Positions 28,542 through 37,414 are shown, counted from the stretch's first letter. The stretch: DNA of 47,169 nucleotides from an uncultured Bacilli bacterium (GCA_947623855.1 CANQHW010000001.1:1-47169); one strand, 5' to 3'. A program made the numbers and translations. The notes: generated from the letters alone by a model not told the origin.

Positions 28542-28570
28542 TTGACTTTAAATATAAATAATGCTATACT
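28542..28570 (+). promoter_or_regulatory. Sigma-A-type promoter of the 3D-domain gene
   Basis: TTGACT (28542-28547), 17 nt, TATACT (28565-28570). Confidence 0.55.
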
Positions 28571-28594
28571 TTTAGTTAGTGGAGGTGCATTACT

Positions 28595-29140
28595 TTGAAA
28601 TATTTTAAAAAAGTAATAACACTTGTGCAATTAAGTTGTATGCTAATTTTATTATTAACTCTTGTCAATAGTTCAGGAGTCGTAAAAACACAAGAGATTA
28701 ATGCTAATTTAAATAAAACAATAGATTTAGTAGCAATGAGTAATAGAATAGAAGAAATAGTAGCTAATGATATATATGCGGTTAAGGAAACGATGATTGG
28801 TAGTTTAACGGGTTATGCTGCCGATTGTCCTTTATGTAATGGACATTTAGGATGTACAGGGCAAGATGTACGAGATAAAACGGTAACTTATAATGATAGC
28901 GATTATGGGACTTTAAGAATTGTGGCAGCGTCGCAATATAATTTAGCTTGTGGTAGTGTCGTAAAAATAGATTACTCGATGGATGGTAATGATGAGATAT
29001 ATGCCATAGTATTGGATCGAGGAGTAGGTGGCACAGCTCTAGACTTACTAGTAGAAAGTGAAGAATATGCCTATAAATATGTGGGACGACGAAATGTTAG
29101 TTACGACGTATTAAGATATGGATGGACAAGAAGCGAGTAG
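28595..29140 (+). CDS. Secreted 3D/DPBB-fold (YabE C-terminal-like) cell-wall protein
   Basis: 181 aa, TTG start after GGAGG; signal/TM segment. GSLTGYAADCPLCNGHLGCTG…RIVAAS…CGSVVKI…AIVLDRGVGGTALDLLV fits a 3D domain. The position matches Bacillus yabE. Confidence 0.65.
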   Translation: MKYFKKVITLVQLSCMLILLLTLVNSSGVVKTQEINANLNKTIDLVAMSNRIEEIVANDIYAVKETMIGSLTGYAADCPLCNGHLGCTGQDVRDKTVTYNDSDYGTLRIVAASQYNLACGSVVKIDYSMDGNDEIYAIVLDRGVGGTALDLLVESEEYAYKYVGRRNVSYDVLRYGWTRSE

Positions 29141-29167
29141 AAACTTGCTTTTTTAAAGAGGTAAGAT

Positions 29168-29917
29168 ATGGATTTTGAATTTAAGAAGAGTTTAGGACAA
29201 AATTTTTTAAAAAATGAGAAGGTATTAGAAAGAATTGCATCTTTAGGTTCCGATAAGAGTAAACAATTATTAGAGATTGGACCAGGAGCAGGGGCTTTAA
29301 CTAAGCATTTAGTTAAAAAGGGGAAAGTACTAGCTATTGAAACTGATATTAGATTAAAAGAATATTTAAATAAAATAGATAATTTAGAAGTAATATATGA
29401 TGATGTTATGAAGGTTGATTTAGAAAATATTTTAGATAAAGATACTATGGTTGTAGCTAATTTACCTTATTATATAACGACTCCCATTATTTCAAAATTA
29501 ATGGATAATACTAGGGTTAAAGAAATGGTTTTAATGGTCCAAAAGGAAGTGGCAGAAAGAATAGCAGCTAAACCACATACTAAAGATTATGGATATTTTA
29601 CGGTTTTGGTACAAAGTAGGTTTGATGTTAGTTTAGAGTTTGTAGTAGGAAAAGAAAATTTTATTCCTGTACCAAAAGTAGATAGTGCTGTAATAAAATT
29701 AGTTAGAAATGAAAAGATGGATAATAGTTTGCGAGAAAAGTTTGATAAATTAATTAAAGATGCTTTTGCAATGAAAAGAAAGAATTTAAGGAATAATTTA
29801 AAGAATTATGATTTAGAAAAAATAGAAGAAGTATTAAATAGGTATAATTTAAATCTACAAGCTAGAGCGGAAGAAGTACCAATAAATGTATTTATAGAAA
29901 TGAGTAAATATGTTTAG
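29168..29917 (+). CDS. rsmA: 16S rRNA (adenine1518/1519-N6)-dimethyltransferase
   Basis: 249 aa with KSLGQNFL, EIGPGAGALT and ANLPYYITTPI. Confidence 0.95.
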   Translation: MDFEFKKSLGQNFLKNEKVLERIASLGSDKSKQLLEIGPGAGALTKHLVKKGKVLAIETDIRLKEYLNKIDNLEVIYDDVMKVDLENILDKDTMVVANLPYYITTPIISKLMDNTRVKEMVLMVQKEVAERIAAKPHTKDYGYFTVLVQSRFDVSLEFVVGKENFIPVPKVDSAVIKLVRNEKMDNSLREKFDKLIKDAFAMKRKNLRNNLKNYDLEKIEEVLNRYNLNLQARAEEVPINVFIEMSKYV

Positions 29918-29927
29918 GTATTTCTTT

Positions 29928-29981
29928 TTATAACCTAATCTTCCACATTACATTGACTTCTGTGGAAGATTAGGTTATAAT
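29928..29981 (+). promoter_or_regulatory. 20-bp perfect inverted repeat enclosing the consensus promoter of the abiE operon (also a possible rsmA terminator)
   Basis: TTATAACCTAATCTTCCACA (29928-29947) / TGTGGAAGATTAGGTTATAA (29961-29980). TTGACT lies in the loop (29953-29958), then 17 nt, then TATAAT (29976-29981) overlapping the right arm. Confidence 0.7.
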
Positions 29982-29999
29982 TATTTTGGTGGTGTTACT

Positions 30000-30542
30000 A
30001 TGTTGTATACTTATAAAGAGTTACGATGTAAGTATAAGGCGGATAAAACTATTAAAAAAATGCTTGATAATGAAAGTATTTTTAAAATAGAAAGGGGTAT
30101 TTATTCTGATAATAAGTATGTTAATTATTTAGATGTTATAAACTTTAAATATCCTAAAGCTGTTTTTACATTGGATAGTGCATTTTATTATCATAATTTG
30201 ACAGATGTTATTCCTCAAAAGAATGTTTTAGCTATAAAAAGAGATAGTGCTAAATATATTGATTCTAAAGTTAGATTTGTTTCTTATAGTGATAAATATT
30301 TTGATTTAGGGAAAGCAACTATGGTAGTTGATGGGGTTAAAATTCAAATATATGATAAAGAAAGAATACTAATTGAATTAATTAGGAATAGAAATACTTA
30401 TGGATTTGATTATTATAAGGAGATTATAAATAATTATAGAGAATTAAAAAATGAATTAAATATGGAAAAACTATTTCATTATATTAGTAAATTTCCTTTT
30501 GAGGAGCATCTATATGACATTATAATGAAAGAAGTGTTTTAA
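30000..30542 (+). CDS. abiEi: AbiEi-family (type IV TA) antitoxin / transcriptional regulator
   Basis: 180 aa. The N-terminal pattern …IFKIERGIYSD…YPKAVFTLDSAFYYHNLTDVIPQ is typical of AbiEi_4/COG5340 proteins. TAATG overlap with the downstream toxin gene. Confidence 0.75.
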   Translation: MLYTYKELRCKYKADKTIKKMLDNESIFKIERGIYSDNKYVNYLDVINFKYPKAVFTLDSAFYYHNLTDVIPQKNVLAIKRDSAKYIDSKVRFVSYSDKYFDLGKATMVVDGVKIQIYDKERILIELIRNRNTYGFDYYKEIINNYRELKNELNMEKLFHYISKFPFEEHLYDIIMKEVF

Positions 30543-31353
30543 TGAATTTAAGAAACGAAGTCCAAAAATATATAGATGCTGGATATTCGGATGTTTTTGC
30601 AACGGCGAAAGTTAGCCAAGATATAATACTTTTAAAAATTAGTAAGTATAATATGAGTGATAAGATAACTATTAAAGGTGGAGTAGTTATGATGCAATTA
30701 TCTAAAGATAAGCGTAGAGCAACTAGAGATTTAGATATTGATTTTATTAAGTATTCTTTGGATAATGAATCGATAAAAAATTTTATTAATAAAATAAGTG
30801 ATAATGATATAAAATTATTTATTAAAAATATTATTAGTCTTCACCATTTAGATTATAACGGTAAAAGAGTTTTTTTAGGAATTGTGGATAAATATAGAAA
30901 TAAAATTGAAACTAAAATTGATTTAGGAGTACATAAGGATTTAGATATAGAACAAGAAAAAATGTTTTTTGATTTACATATAATAGATAACAAAGTAGCA
31001 TTGTTAGCTAATTCTCGTGAGCAAATATTTATAGAAAAGTTAATATCTTTGTTAAAATTTAGAATTGCTTCAACAAGATATAAAGATGTTTTTGATTTAT
31101 ATTTTTTTTAAATGATAAAGAATTTGATAAAGGGAAATGTAAATTATATATTAATAAATTAATATTTTTATCAGCTACTATTAATGTAAATAATTTTTAT
31201 GAGTTATATAATGTACTAAGTTCGATATTTAGTAATAAACAATTTCAAAATAAATTAAATACTGCTAATAATAATTGGATTGATTTACCTACAAATATAG
31301 TTATAGACTATATATTAAATTTTTTCTATAGTTTAGGAAATATTGAAGTTTAA
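30542..31353 (+). pseudogene. abiEii: AbiEii/AbiGii-family nucleotidyltransferase toxin, interrupted by a frameshift in a T8 tract
   Basis: Frame 1 (30542-31111, 189 aa) has KGGVVMMQL…RATRDLDIDF (NTase motif) and ends at a TAA created at T8 (31102-31109). The frame open from 31096 continues for 80 codons to a TAA at 31351-31353. Combined length is ~270 aa, which is family-typical. Confidence 0.7.
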
Positions 31354-31361
31354 AAGTATAT

Positions 31362-31390
31362 AAGTGTTAGTTAAATGCTAGCACTTTTTA
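31362..31390 (+). terminator. Terminator after the abiE module
   Basis: AGTGTTAG-(loop)-CTAGCACT followed by TTTTT, just after the stop of the second abiEii frame. Confidence 0.6.
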
Positions 31391-31437
31391 AATGGTATTA
31401 AATTAATTTTAAAGCATATAATTTAGTGGTGAGTTAA

Positions 31438-32220
31438 ATGATTAAAAAAGGGGATTATGTAACAAGAAATAGTTATAAGAATGATACTATTTTTTTAGTC
31501 TTAAATATTAAAGGGGAAGTAGCTTATTTAAAAGGGGTAGATGTTAGGTTATTTGCTGATAGCGAGTTAGATGATTTAGTAAAAGTAGAAGAACCTAAAG
31601 AAACTACGGAAGAAGATGAGAAGGTACGGGAAGAAATACTTGATGATGTTTTAGATCGTAGTGAGTTTTTTTATTTACCGGGTAAAATATTACATATTGA
31701 TGGGGATAGAGATTATTTAAATAGGTGTATGAAGTTTTATAAAGATGCTAATGTTTATGCAGTAGGGAAAGTTGTAGAGGAGGATACTTTAGCTAAAAAT
31801 ATAAGAGGTTTTTTAGAGGAAGTTAAACCAGATATAGTTATTATTACAGGGCATGATGCTTATTATGAGAAAAAGGGGGTTAAGGAAGATTTAAATAACT
31901 ATAAGAATAGTAAAAATTTTATAGAAGCGGTTCGAGAAGCAAGAAAATTTGAGAAAAGTCATGAGAAGTTAATTATTATAGCAGGAGCTTGTCAAAGTGA
32001 TTATGAGGAGTTAATTAAAGCAGGGGCGAATTTTGCTTCGAGTCCGAAAAGAGTAAATATTCATGCTTTGGATCCCGCGATTATTGCTGTATCAGTAGCA
32101 ATGTGCGAAAGAAATAAAGAGATAGATTTAATTCATCTTTTAGAAAAAACGAAATATGGTAAGGACGGAATGGGAGGAATAATTACGAATGGAACAATGT
32201 ATGTGGGGTATCCAAGATGA
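31438..32220 (+). CDS. yabG: Sporulation-specific protease YabG
   Basis: 260 aa; GKILHIDGD and PDIVIITGHDAY; position before veg. Confidence 0.9.
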   Translation: MIKKGDYVTRNSYKNDTIFLVLNIKGEVAYLKGVDVRLFADSELDDLVKVEEPKETTEEDEKVREEILDDVLDRSEFFYLPGKILHIDGDRDYLNRCMKFYKDANVYAVGKVVEEDTLAKNIRGFLEEVKPDIVIITGHDAYYEKKGVKEDLNNYKNSKNFIEAVREARKFEKSHEKLIIIAGACQSDYEELIKAGANFASSPKRVNIHALDPAIIAVSVAMCERNKEIDLIHLLEKTKYGKDGMGGIITNGTMYVGYPR

Positions 32221-32429
32221 ATATAGATAGTGTTAAAAATAAAATTAGTGAATTATTAAATCAAGAAATAGTATTAAGAGTAAGTGCTAATAGAAGTAAG
32301 AAATGTTTAATAAAGGGCATAGTTACGGGGATTTATCCAAGACATTTTACGGTTTTAGTGGATGATGGAGTACGAAGTTTTACCTATGCTGATGTTGCCA
32401 TTGGGGAAGTTTTGATATATAAAGGATAA
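32217..32429 (+). CDS. veg: Veg (biofilm/sporulation-associated small protein)
   Basis: 70 aa; …LRVSANRSKKCLIKGIVTGIYPRHFTVLVDDGVRSFTYADV resembles B. subtilis Veg. Confidence 0.85.
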   Translation: MNIDSVKNKISELLNQEIVLRVSANRSKKCLIKGIVTGIYPRHFTVLVDDGVRSFTYADVAIGEVLIYKG

Positions 32430-32515
32430 AAAATGTACGTTAATACTTGCAAAGTTTGGGAAAATGGATTAAAATGTAATTAGAGTTAGCAGATAACTTT
32501 AGAAGGAGTCAGAAT

Positions 32516-32776
32516 ATGAAAATTACATCAGTAAACGTTCGTAAAATTGAAAAAGAAGGTTCAAGAATGAAAGGAATTGCATCTATTCTTATAGATGATG
32601 CATTTGCTGTTCATGACATTAGAATCATAGAAGGGGATAATGGCTTATTTATTGCAATGCCTAGTAGAAAAACTGCTACGGGCGATTATAGAGATATAGC
32701 TCATCCTGTTAATCAAGAAACGAGAGCTATGTTAGAAGAAGCAATTAAAGCTGAATACGAAAAAATCGAAGAATAA
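32516..32776 (+). CDS. spoVG: Septation protein SpoVG
   Basis: 86 aa; [40 protein letters not shown]…FIAMPSRK. Confidence 0.96.
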   Translation: MKITSVNVRKIEKEGSRMKGIASILIDDAFAVHDIRIIEGDNGLFIAMPSRKTATGDYRDIAHPVNQETRAMLEEAIKAEYEKIEE

Positions 32777-32797
32777 GACCAGATGGTCTTTTTTTTT
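32775..32797 (+). terminator. spoVG terminator
   Basis: AAGACC-agat-GGTCTT followed by T7. Confidence 0.75.
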
Positions 32798-32828
32798 CGA
32801 TAATTCATATAATTTATTGGGTGATACA

Positions 32829-33119
32829 ATGGATAAAGTTATGGATGCTTTAGAAGTATCTAGTAGTGAAGTAAGAGTAATTGATAGAAAAAAGGTAATA
32901 CTTACAGGACTAAAAAAATTAGTTAGTTTTGATCCGGAAGAATTTTTAATGGAAACTAATTTAGGAACATTACTTTTAAAGGGAGATGGATTAGAAATAA
33001 TTAAATTAGATACTGTAGATGGTTCGATATCGATAAAGGGACATGTATCAGGTTATAATTATATTGATGGTAATATTAAAAGTAAAAATAATGGATTAGT
33101 AGCTAAGTTATTTAAGTAA
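32829..33119 (+). CDS. yabP: Sporulation protein YabP
   Basis: …VILTGLKKLVSFDPEEFLMETNLGTLLLKGDGLEI is a typical YabP core. ATG 32829 is preferred over the TTG at 32817. Confidence 0.85.
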   Translation: MDKVMDALEVSSSEVRVIDRKKVILTGLKKLVSFDPEEFLMETNLGTLLLKGDGLEIIKLDTVDGSISIKGHVSGYNYIDGNIKSKNNGLVAKLFK

Positions 33120-33403
33120 TGGATATTAGATTACAAATATATTGTTTTTTAATTTCTTTTATATATGGTTTAATTGTGGGAATAAGTTCATTGTGGCATT
33201 TTTATTTAGTTAGAAAGAAAAGACTAATCGATTATATTTTAACTGCTATGTATGTTTATATAATAGTGGTGTTGTATTTAGTTATTATGTATTATGTTAA
33301 TAGGGGGATTTTTCATATATATTTTTCTTTCTTTATTATATTAGGAGTATATTTAGGAAGAAAAGTAAAGTTTTTGCAAAAATATGTAAAGAAGAAGAAA
33401 TGA
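33119..33403 (+). CDS. yabQ: Spore cortex biosynthesis membrane protein YabQ
   Basis: 94-aa polytopic membrane protein abutting yabP (stop/start overlap), in conserved order. Confidence 0.75.
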   Translation: MDIRLQIYCFLISFIYGLIVGISSLWHFYLVRKKRLIDYILTAMYVYIIVVLYLVIMYYVNRGIFHIYFSFFIILGVYLGRKVKFLQKYVKKKK

Positions 33404-33459
33404 CGTTGACTTCTTTTTTTATTGTATTTATAATTAAGGTAAAGTAGGGGTGATACGCT

Positions 33460-33768
33460 ATGACGAAAACTAGAAAAAAAGCAAAAAAAAGGTTGCTGGG
33501 TTTAGCGTGTCTATTTATGGGGATTTTAGGGATATTAATAGCTAGTATTTTTAAAGATTGGGTTACGATATTTAAAAATAAAAAAGAAAGTGTATTACTT
33601 TCTTCGAAATATGATACTTTATTAGAAGATGAGATTAAGTTAAATAGCGAGTTAAATAAATTACAAGATCCGGAATATGTTACAAGATATATTAGAGAGA
33701 AGTATTTATATTCTAAGGATGGCGAAATAATTATTAGAATACCTGAAGAAGATATAAAGGAGGAATAA
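33460..33768 (+). CDS. divIC: Septum formation initiator DivIC/FtsB family
   Basis: 102 aa: basic N-terminus, one TM, a coiled coil (…LEDEIKLNSELNKLQDPEYVTRYIREKY). Promoter TTGACT, 17 nt, TATAAT upstream. Confidence 0.85.
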   Translation: MTKTRKKAKKRLLGLACLFMGILGILIASIFKDWVTIFKNKKESVLLSSKYDTLLEDEIKLNSELNKLQDPEYVTRYIREKYLYSKDGEIIIRIPEEDIKEE

Positions 33769-33777
33769 TCCTCTTTT

Positions 33778-34566
33778 TTATATGCCCATAGTCATAGTTT
33801 CAGGTAATGTTGAGCCACCATCTATAACAAACTCACCAGCGGTTAGATAACTAGATTCTTCACTAGCTAGAAATGCTGCTAATTCTCCTAATTCTTCGAT
33901 AGTTCCCATTCGTTTCATAGGGATGGCATTAGCTATACTATCTAAAACACTTTGGGGATTTTCTGGATGACTTATTTTAGCCATATTGGTTACCATTGGG
34001 GTTAGAATATATCCTGGTAAGATGGCATTAACACGGATATTTTGGTTTACTAAATCGGCTGCTAAACCTTTAGTAAAACCGATTAAAGCAGCTTTAGTAG
34101 TAGCATAAGCACATTCCCCACTATCAGCGACTTTAGGTCCAGTAACGGAAGATAGATTTATAATACTGCTTGGTTTTTCTCCACCCATATAAGGAAGAAA
34201 GGCTTTGGTTACATTCCAGGTTCCTTTAATATTAATATCAAAGTGATAATCTCTTATTTCATCACTCATATTGGGAAAGGTTTCTAATTTACATACTCCG
34301 GCATTATTTACTAAAACATCAATATGTTTGCAGGTATTTCCTACTTGAGAAGCAATTTCTGCTAGTTTGGTTTTATCGCGAATATCGGCTTTACAGCCAA
34401 TGACTTCATAACCTTGATTTTTAAGGTTATTTACGGTATTATCAAGTTCGTCACTATAATCTATTATTATCACTTTGGCGCCATATTTTAAGAATGTTTT
34501 AACTATACCTAAACCATTTCCCATAGCTCCTCCTGTGACAACAGCAATTTTGTTTTGTAATTTCAT
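33778..34566 (-). CDS. SDR-family oxidoreductase
   Basis: 262 aa; TGGAMGNGLG (TGxxxGxG), NNAG, and YATTKAA (YxxxK). Confidence 0.9.
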   Translation of the reverse strand: MKLQNKIAVVTGGAMGNGLGIVKTFLKYGAKVIIIDYSDELDNTVNNLKNQGYEVIGCKADIRDKTKLAEIASQVGNTCKHIDVLVNNAGVCKLETFPNMSDEIRDYHFDINIKGTWNVTKAFLPYMGGEKPSSIINLSSVTGPKVADSGECAYATTKAALIGFTKGLAADLVNQNIRVNAILPGYILTPMVTNMAKISHPENPQSVLDSIANAIPMKRMGTIEELGELAAFLASEESSYLTAGEFVIDGGSTLPETMTMGI

Positions 34567-34618
34567 AATTTATCCCTCTATTCTAATTTAATTCTATCAT
34601 ATATTTTAAAAAAAGTAA

Positions 34619-35737
34619 CTATTTACTAGCTACTAATTTTGCTTTTGTTTCTTCTAATTTATCATTTCTAAAATATTTTATAGAAACTTCTTCCCCAACT
34701 TCGTGAGTATATAGGTTATATCTAAATTCTGCAACTGTTTTTATTTTTTTGCCGCCAAGTTCTACAATGACATCGCCTTCTTTTAAACCAGCTTTAGCAG
34801 CAGGGCTATTTTTTTCGACACTGGTTAAGACAATACCATATTCTAGTTTATCAGATATTGTTATACCATAATTAAAGTATAGAGCGACACGGTTGTCAAT
34901 ACTTGCAGTACCAACTCCTAAGTAAGGACGGGAAAGTTTTTCACCTTTAATGATTATATCAGCGTATTCAATAGCGTCTTCGATTGGAATAGCAAAGCCC
35001 ATTCCTTCAACTCCGCTACTGACTAATTTCATTGAGGTAATACCTATAACTTCACCATTACTATTACATAATGGTCCACCACTATTTCCGGAGTTAATTG
35101 CGGTATCAGTTTGTAAAACGCGCATTATCCAATCACTACCGTTGTAATTAGAAGTGCTTACTTCAACTTCTCTATCTTTTCCAGATACAATTCCTCTAGT
35201 AACACTCCAGCTATAAACATCTGCTAAAGGGGCTCCAATAGCAAAGGTGGTGTCTCCTACTTTGGCATCTACGCTACTTCCTATTTCAGCGACGGTCATA
35301 TCTTCTTTAGCATCTAAAGATAAGACGGCAATATCAGTATATACATCACTACCTAATATTTCTGTGGTTATTTCCTCGCCATTGGTGAATATTACTTTAA
35401 TTTTATCGCCACCATCAATAACGTGATGATTGGTCATAATATAAGCTTTGTTATTATCTTTGCGGAATACAAAGCCGGTACCCGAAGCTGCTAAGTTTTC
35501 ATTTTTAAAGGTTTCGACAACGACGACGGCATCATATATTTTTTCTACGGCATCGGAGATACCTTTTTCATTAACGGTTACTTCTTTTTCCGTTTTATTT
35601 ATATTATTGATTGTGGGAGCAATATTAGGAAATAATATTATCATTCCATACATAATACCAGCTCCTAAAACACTTCCGGTAATCATAACTAGGATGCCTA
35701 GTCCAATTTTTTTCCAAATATTATTTTTTTCTTTCAT
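34619..35737 (-). CDS. htrA: HtrA/DegP-family membrane-anchored serine protease with PDZ domain
   Basis: 372 aa: N-terminal TM, catalytic TNHHVI, DIAVL, GNSGGPL, and a C-terminal PDZ (…AAKAGLKEGDVIVELGG). Confidence 0.93.
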   Translation of the reverse strand: MKEKNNIWKKIGLGILVMITGSVLGAGIMYGMIILFPNIAPTINNINKTEKEVTVNEKGISDAVEKIYDAVVVVETFKNENLAASGTGFVFRKDNNKAYIMTNHHVIDGGDKIKVIFTNGEEITTEILGSDVYTDIAVLSLDAKEDMTVAEIGSSVDAKVGDTTFAIGAPLADVYSWSVTRGIVSGKDREVEVSTSNYNGSDWIMRVLQTDTAINSGNSGGPLCNSNGEVIGITSMKLVSSGVEGMGFAIPIEDAIEYADIIIKGEKLSRPYLGVGTASIDNRVALYFNYGITISDKLEYGIVLTSVEKNSPAAKAGLKEGDVIVELGGKKIKTVAEFRYNLYTHEVGEEVSIKYFRNDKLEETKAKLVASK

Positions 35738-35738
35738 T

Positions 35739-36671
35739 TTAATCTACCCTCGCTAACTCTTTATAATTTTCTGGGAATCCCATACTATCTAACATTTTAT
35801 TTCGAGATATAGTATCTACTTTGCCATCTAATATATCTATTTCATAAGATATTTCATTCATCAATAAGGTAAAATCATCTTTTCTTAACATTCTTTTTAG
35901 GATTATTAATAGGGAGAATAAGTCATTTTTTCCATAGATATATTCATTATCCATCGTGGGTATATTAAGTAATTCGTGGTATTTATTATTGGGAATTACG
36001 CGTTGAGATCGATGGTTATATAAAATATCTTCATGAGCACAAACATTTCGATAGTTGGCTAATATTGGAAGATAAATAAGCAAGTCTTCAACATTTATTT
36101 GGTAAATATCCGCAATTTCTTGTTGATCTTCATATTTTAGGATGGTATAAAATTCTCCAATTATACCAAAAGATAAAACTTTTACAACTATCCATAGAGG
36201 GACAAAACCATAGTTATTCATATAATGCATTGTAGCGGTATGTTGGCCTCCATTAATTCTAATTTGCCGTTTCATCTTTTTTAGTAAATCATTTACTTGA
36301 CGAATTTTATCTTTTGATTGACTAAAATTTTTGGGGTTTAAATAACTTTTCTCTTTATAGCCGTATTTACTAGAAAGAACATAAGAAAAAATACTTTTAG
36401 CATTATTTTCGACTATTAAGATATTTTTAAATAAAATGTTTCGAATCTGTCTATCAAAATTAAACATTGCATATATTTCTTCAAAAGTAGTACCAGGAAT
36501 AAAAACTTTATTCTTTTGACTTTTAATGAATAGATGTCTATAGCCGTTGATAAAGAAATAATTTTCTCTTAATAGAATATCTTTGGCATAATCTATATCA
36601 TTAATTATTAGTCCTTTATTTTGGAGTATTTGTATCTGTTCATCTAAAGTTTTAAATTCCTTCTTATTCAT
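35739..36671 (-). CDS. Abi_2 (AbiD/AbiF-like) abortive-infection family protein
   Basis: MNKKEFKTLDEQIQILQNKGLIINDIDYAKDILLRENYFFINGYRHLF… and …YRNVCAHEDILYN are hallmark Abi_2 segments. Start moved to ATG 36671 (GGTGA RBS). The stop is 1 nt before the htrA ATG. Confidence 0.8.
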   Translation of the reverse strand: MNKKEFKTLDEQIQILQNKGLIINDIDYAKDILLRENYFFINGYRHLFIKSQKNKVFIPGTTFEEIYAMFNFDRQIRNILFKNILIVENNAKSIFSYVLSSKYGYKEKSYLNPKNFSQSKDKIRQVNDLLKKMKRQIRINGGQHTATMHYMNNYGFVPLWIVVKVLSFGIIGEFYTILKYEDQQEIADIYQINVEDLLIYLPILANYRNVCAHEDILYNHRSQRVIPNNKYHELLNIPTMDNEYIYGKNDLFSLLIILKRMLRKDDFTLLMNEISYEIDILDGKVDTISRNKMLDSMGFPENYKELARVD

Positions 36672-36769
36672 AGTATCACCTAGTATATACAATTATATCA
36701 CAGATTACTTAAAAAGCATACTTCTATTTTGTGTAATTTTTATTAGTTTTTTGTGAAAATTTGGTGAAA

Positions 36770-37414
36770 CTATTTATAGTAGTTTATAACACCGGTAGTT
36801 ATGGCTAGAGCTATTTTTTGCTGGTATTCTTCGGTAATTAAATTTTGTCTTTCGGAATAATTAGATAAAAAACCACATTCTACTAATACACCGGGGACTT
36901 TTAATCTTTGATACATATAAATATTAGGGGTTTTCTTTATTTCTCTTTTAGTACTTATTTTATTAAATTCGTTTTGAATACTTAAAGCTATTTCTTTGTT
37001 TTCTTTAGTTTTATAGTAGAAGACTTGTCCTCCTTTATATTCTTTATCTTCTAAGTAATTTATATGGATAGAAAGATACATATCGGCTTTACTATTATTA
37101 ATAAGTTTTATGCGGTTGTCAAAGTCACTTTGTTTTCTTCTTGTAGCGGTGGGGTTGCTTAAATCATAATCTCCATCTCTAGTTAATATGATGCTTGCTC
37201 CTTTTTTTATTAATTCTTTTTCAAGTTTTTGGCCGATGGCAAGGTTTAAATCTTTTTCTAATATTCCGTTAACTATAGTTCCTGGGTCTTTGCCACCGTG
37301 TCCAATATCAATAATAATAAGTTTACCTGATAAGGGTAGGAGGGCAAAGACTCTTATACTTGATACCATAGTTAATATTAAAATTCCAAATATTAAAATA
37401 CTAATCTTTTTCAT
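36770..37414 (-). CDS. cwlD: N-acetylmuramoyl-L-alanine amidase, CwlD-like
   Basis: 214 aa: signal/TM, IIIDIGHGGKDPG, SIHINY, ECGFLSN. Bacillus cwlD lies near rplM-rpsI as well. Confidence 0.85.
   Translation of the reverse strand: MKKISILIFGILILTMVSSIRVFALLPLSGKLIIIDIGHGGKDPGTIVNGILEKDLNLAIGQKLEKELIKKGASIILTRDGDYDLSNPTATRRKQSDFDNRIKLINNSKADMYLSIHINYLEDKEYKGGQVFYYKTKENKEIALSIQNEFNKISTKREIKKTPNIYMYQRLKVPGVLVECGFLSNYSERQNLITEEYQQKIALAITTGVINYYK

Noticed and set aside
28341-28594. Possible c-di-AMP (ydaO-type) or other riboswitch ahead of the 3D-domain cell-wall gene.
   Set aside because: The region is almost pure A/T with no conserved helices. Only a plain TTGACT, 17 nt, TATACT promoter is supported.
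31673-31686. ATTTACCGGGTAAA considered as a further Noc-binding site.
   Set aside because: It has three mismatches to ATTTCCCGGGAAAT and the symmetry is broken, so it is not distinguishable from chance.
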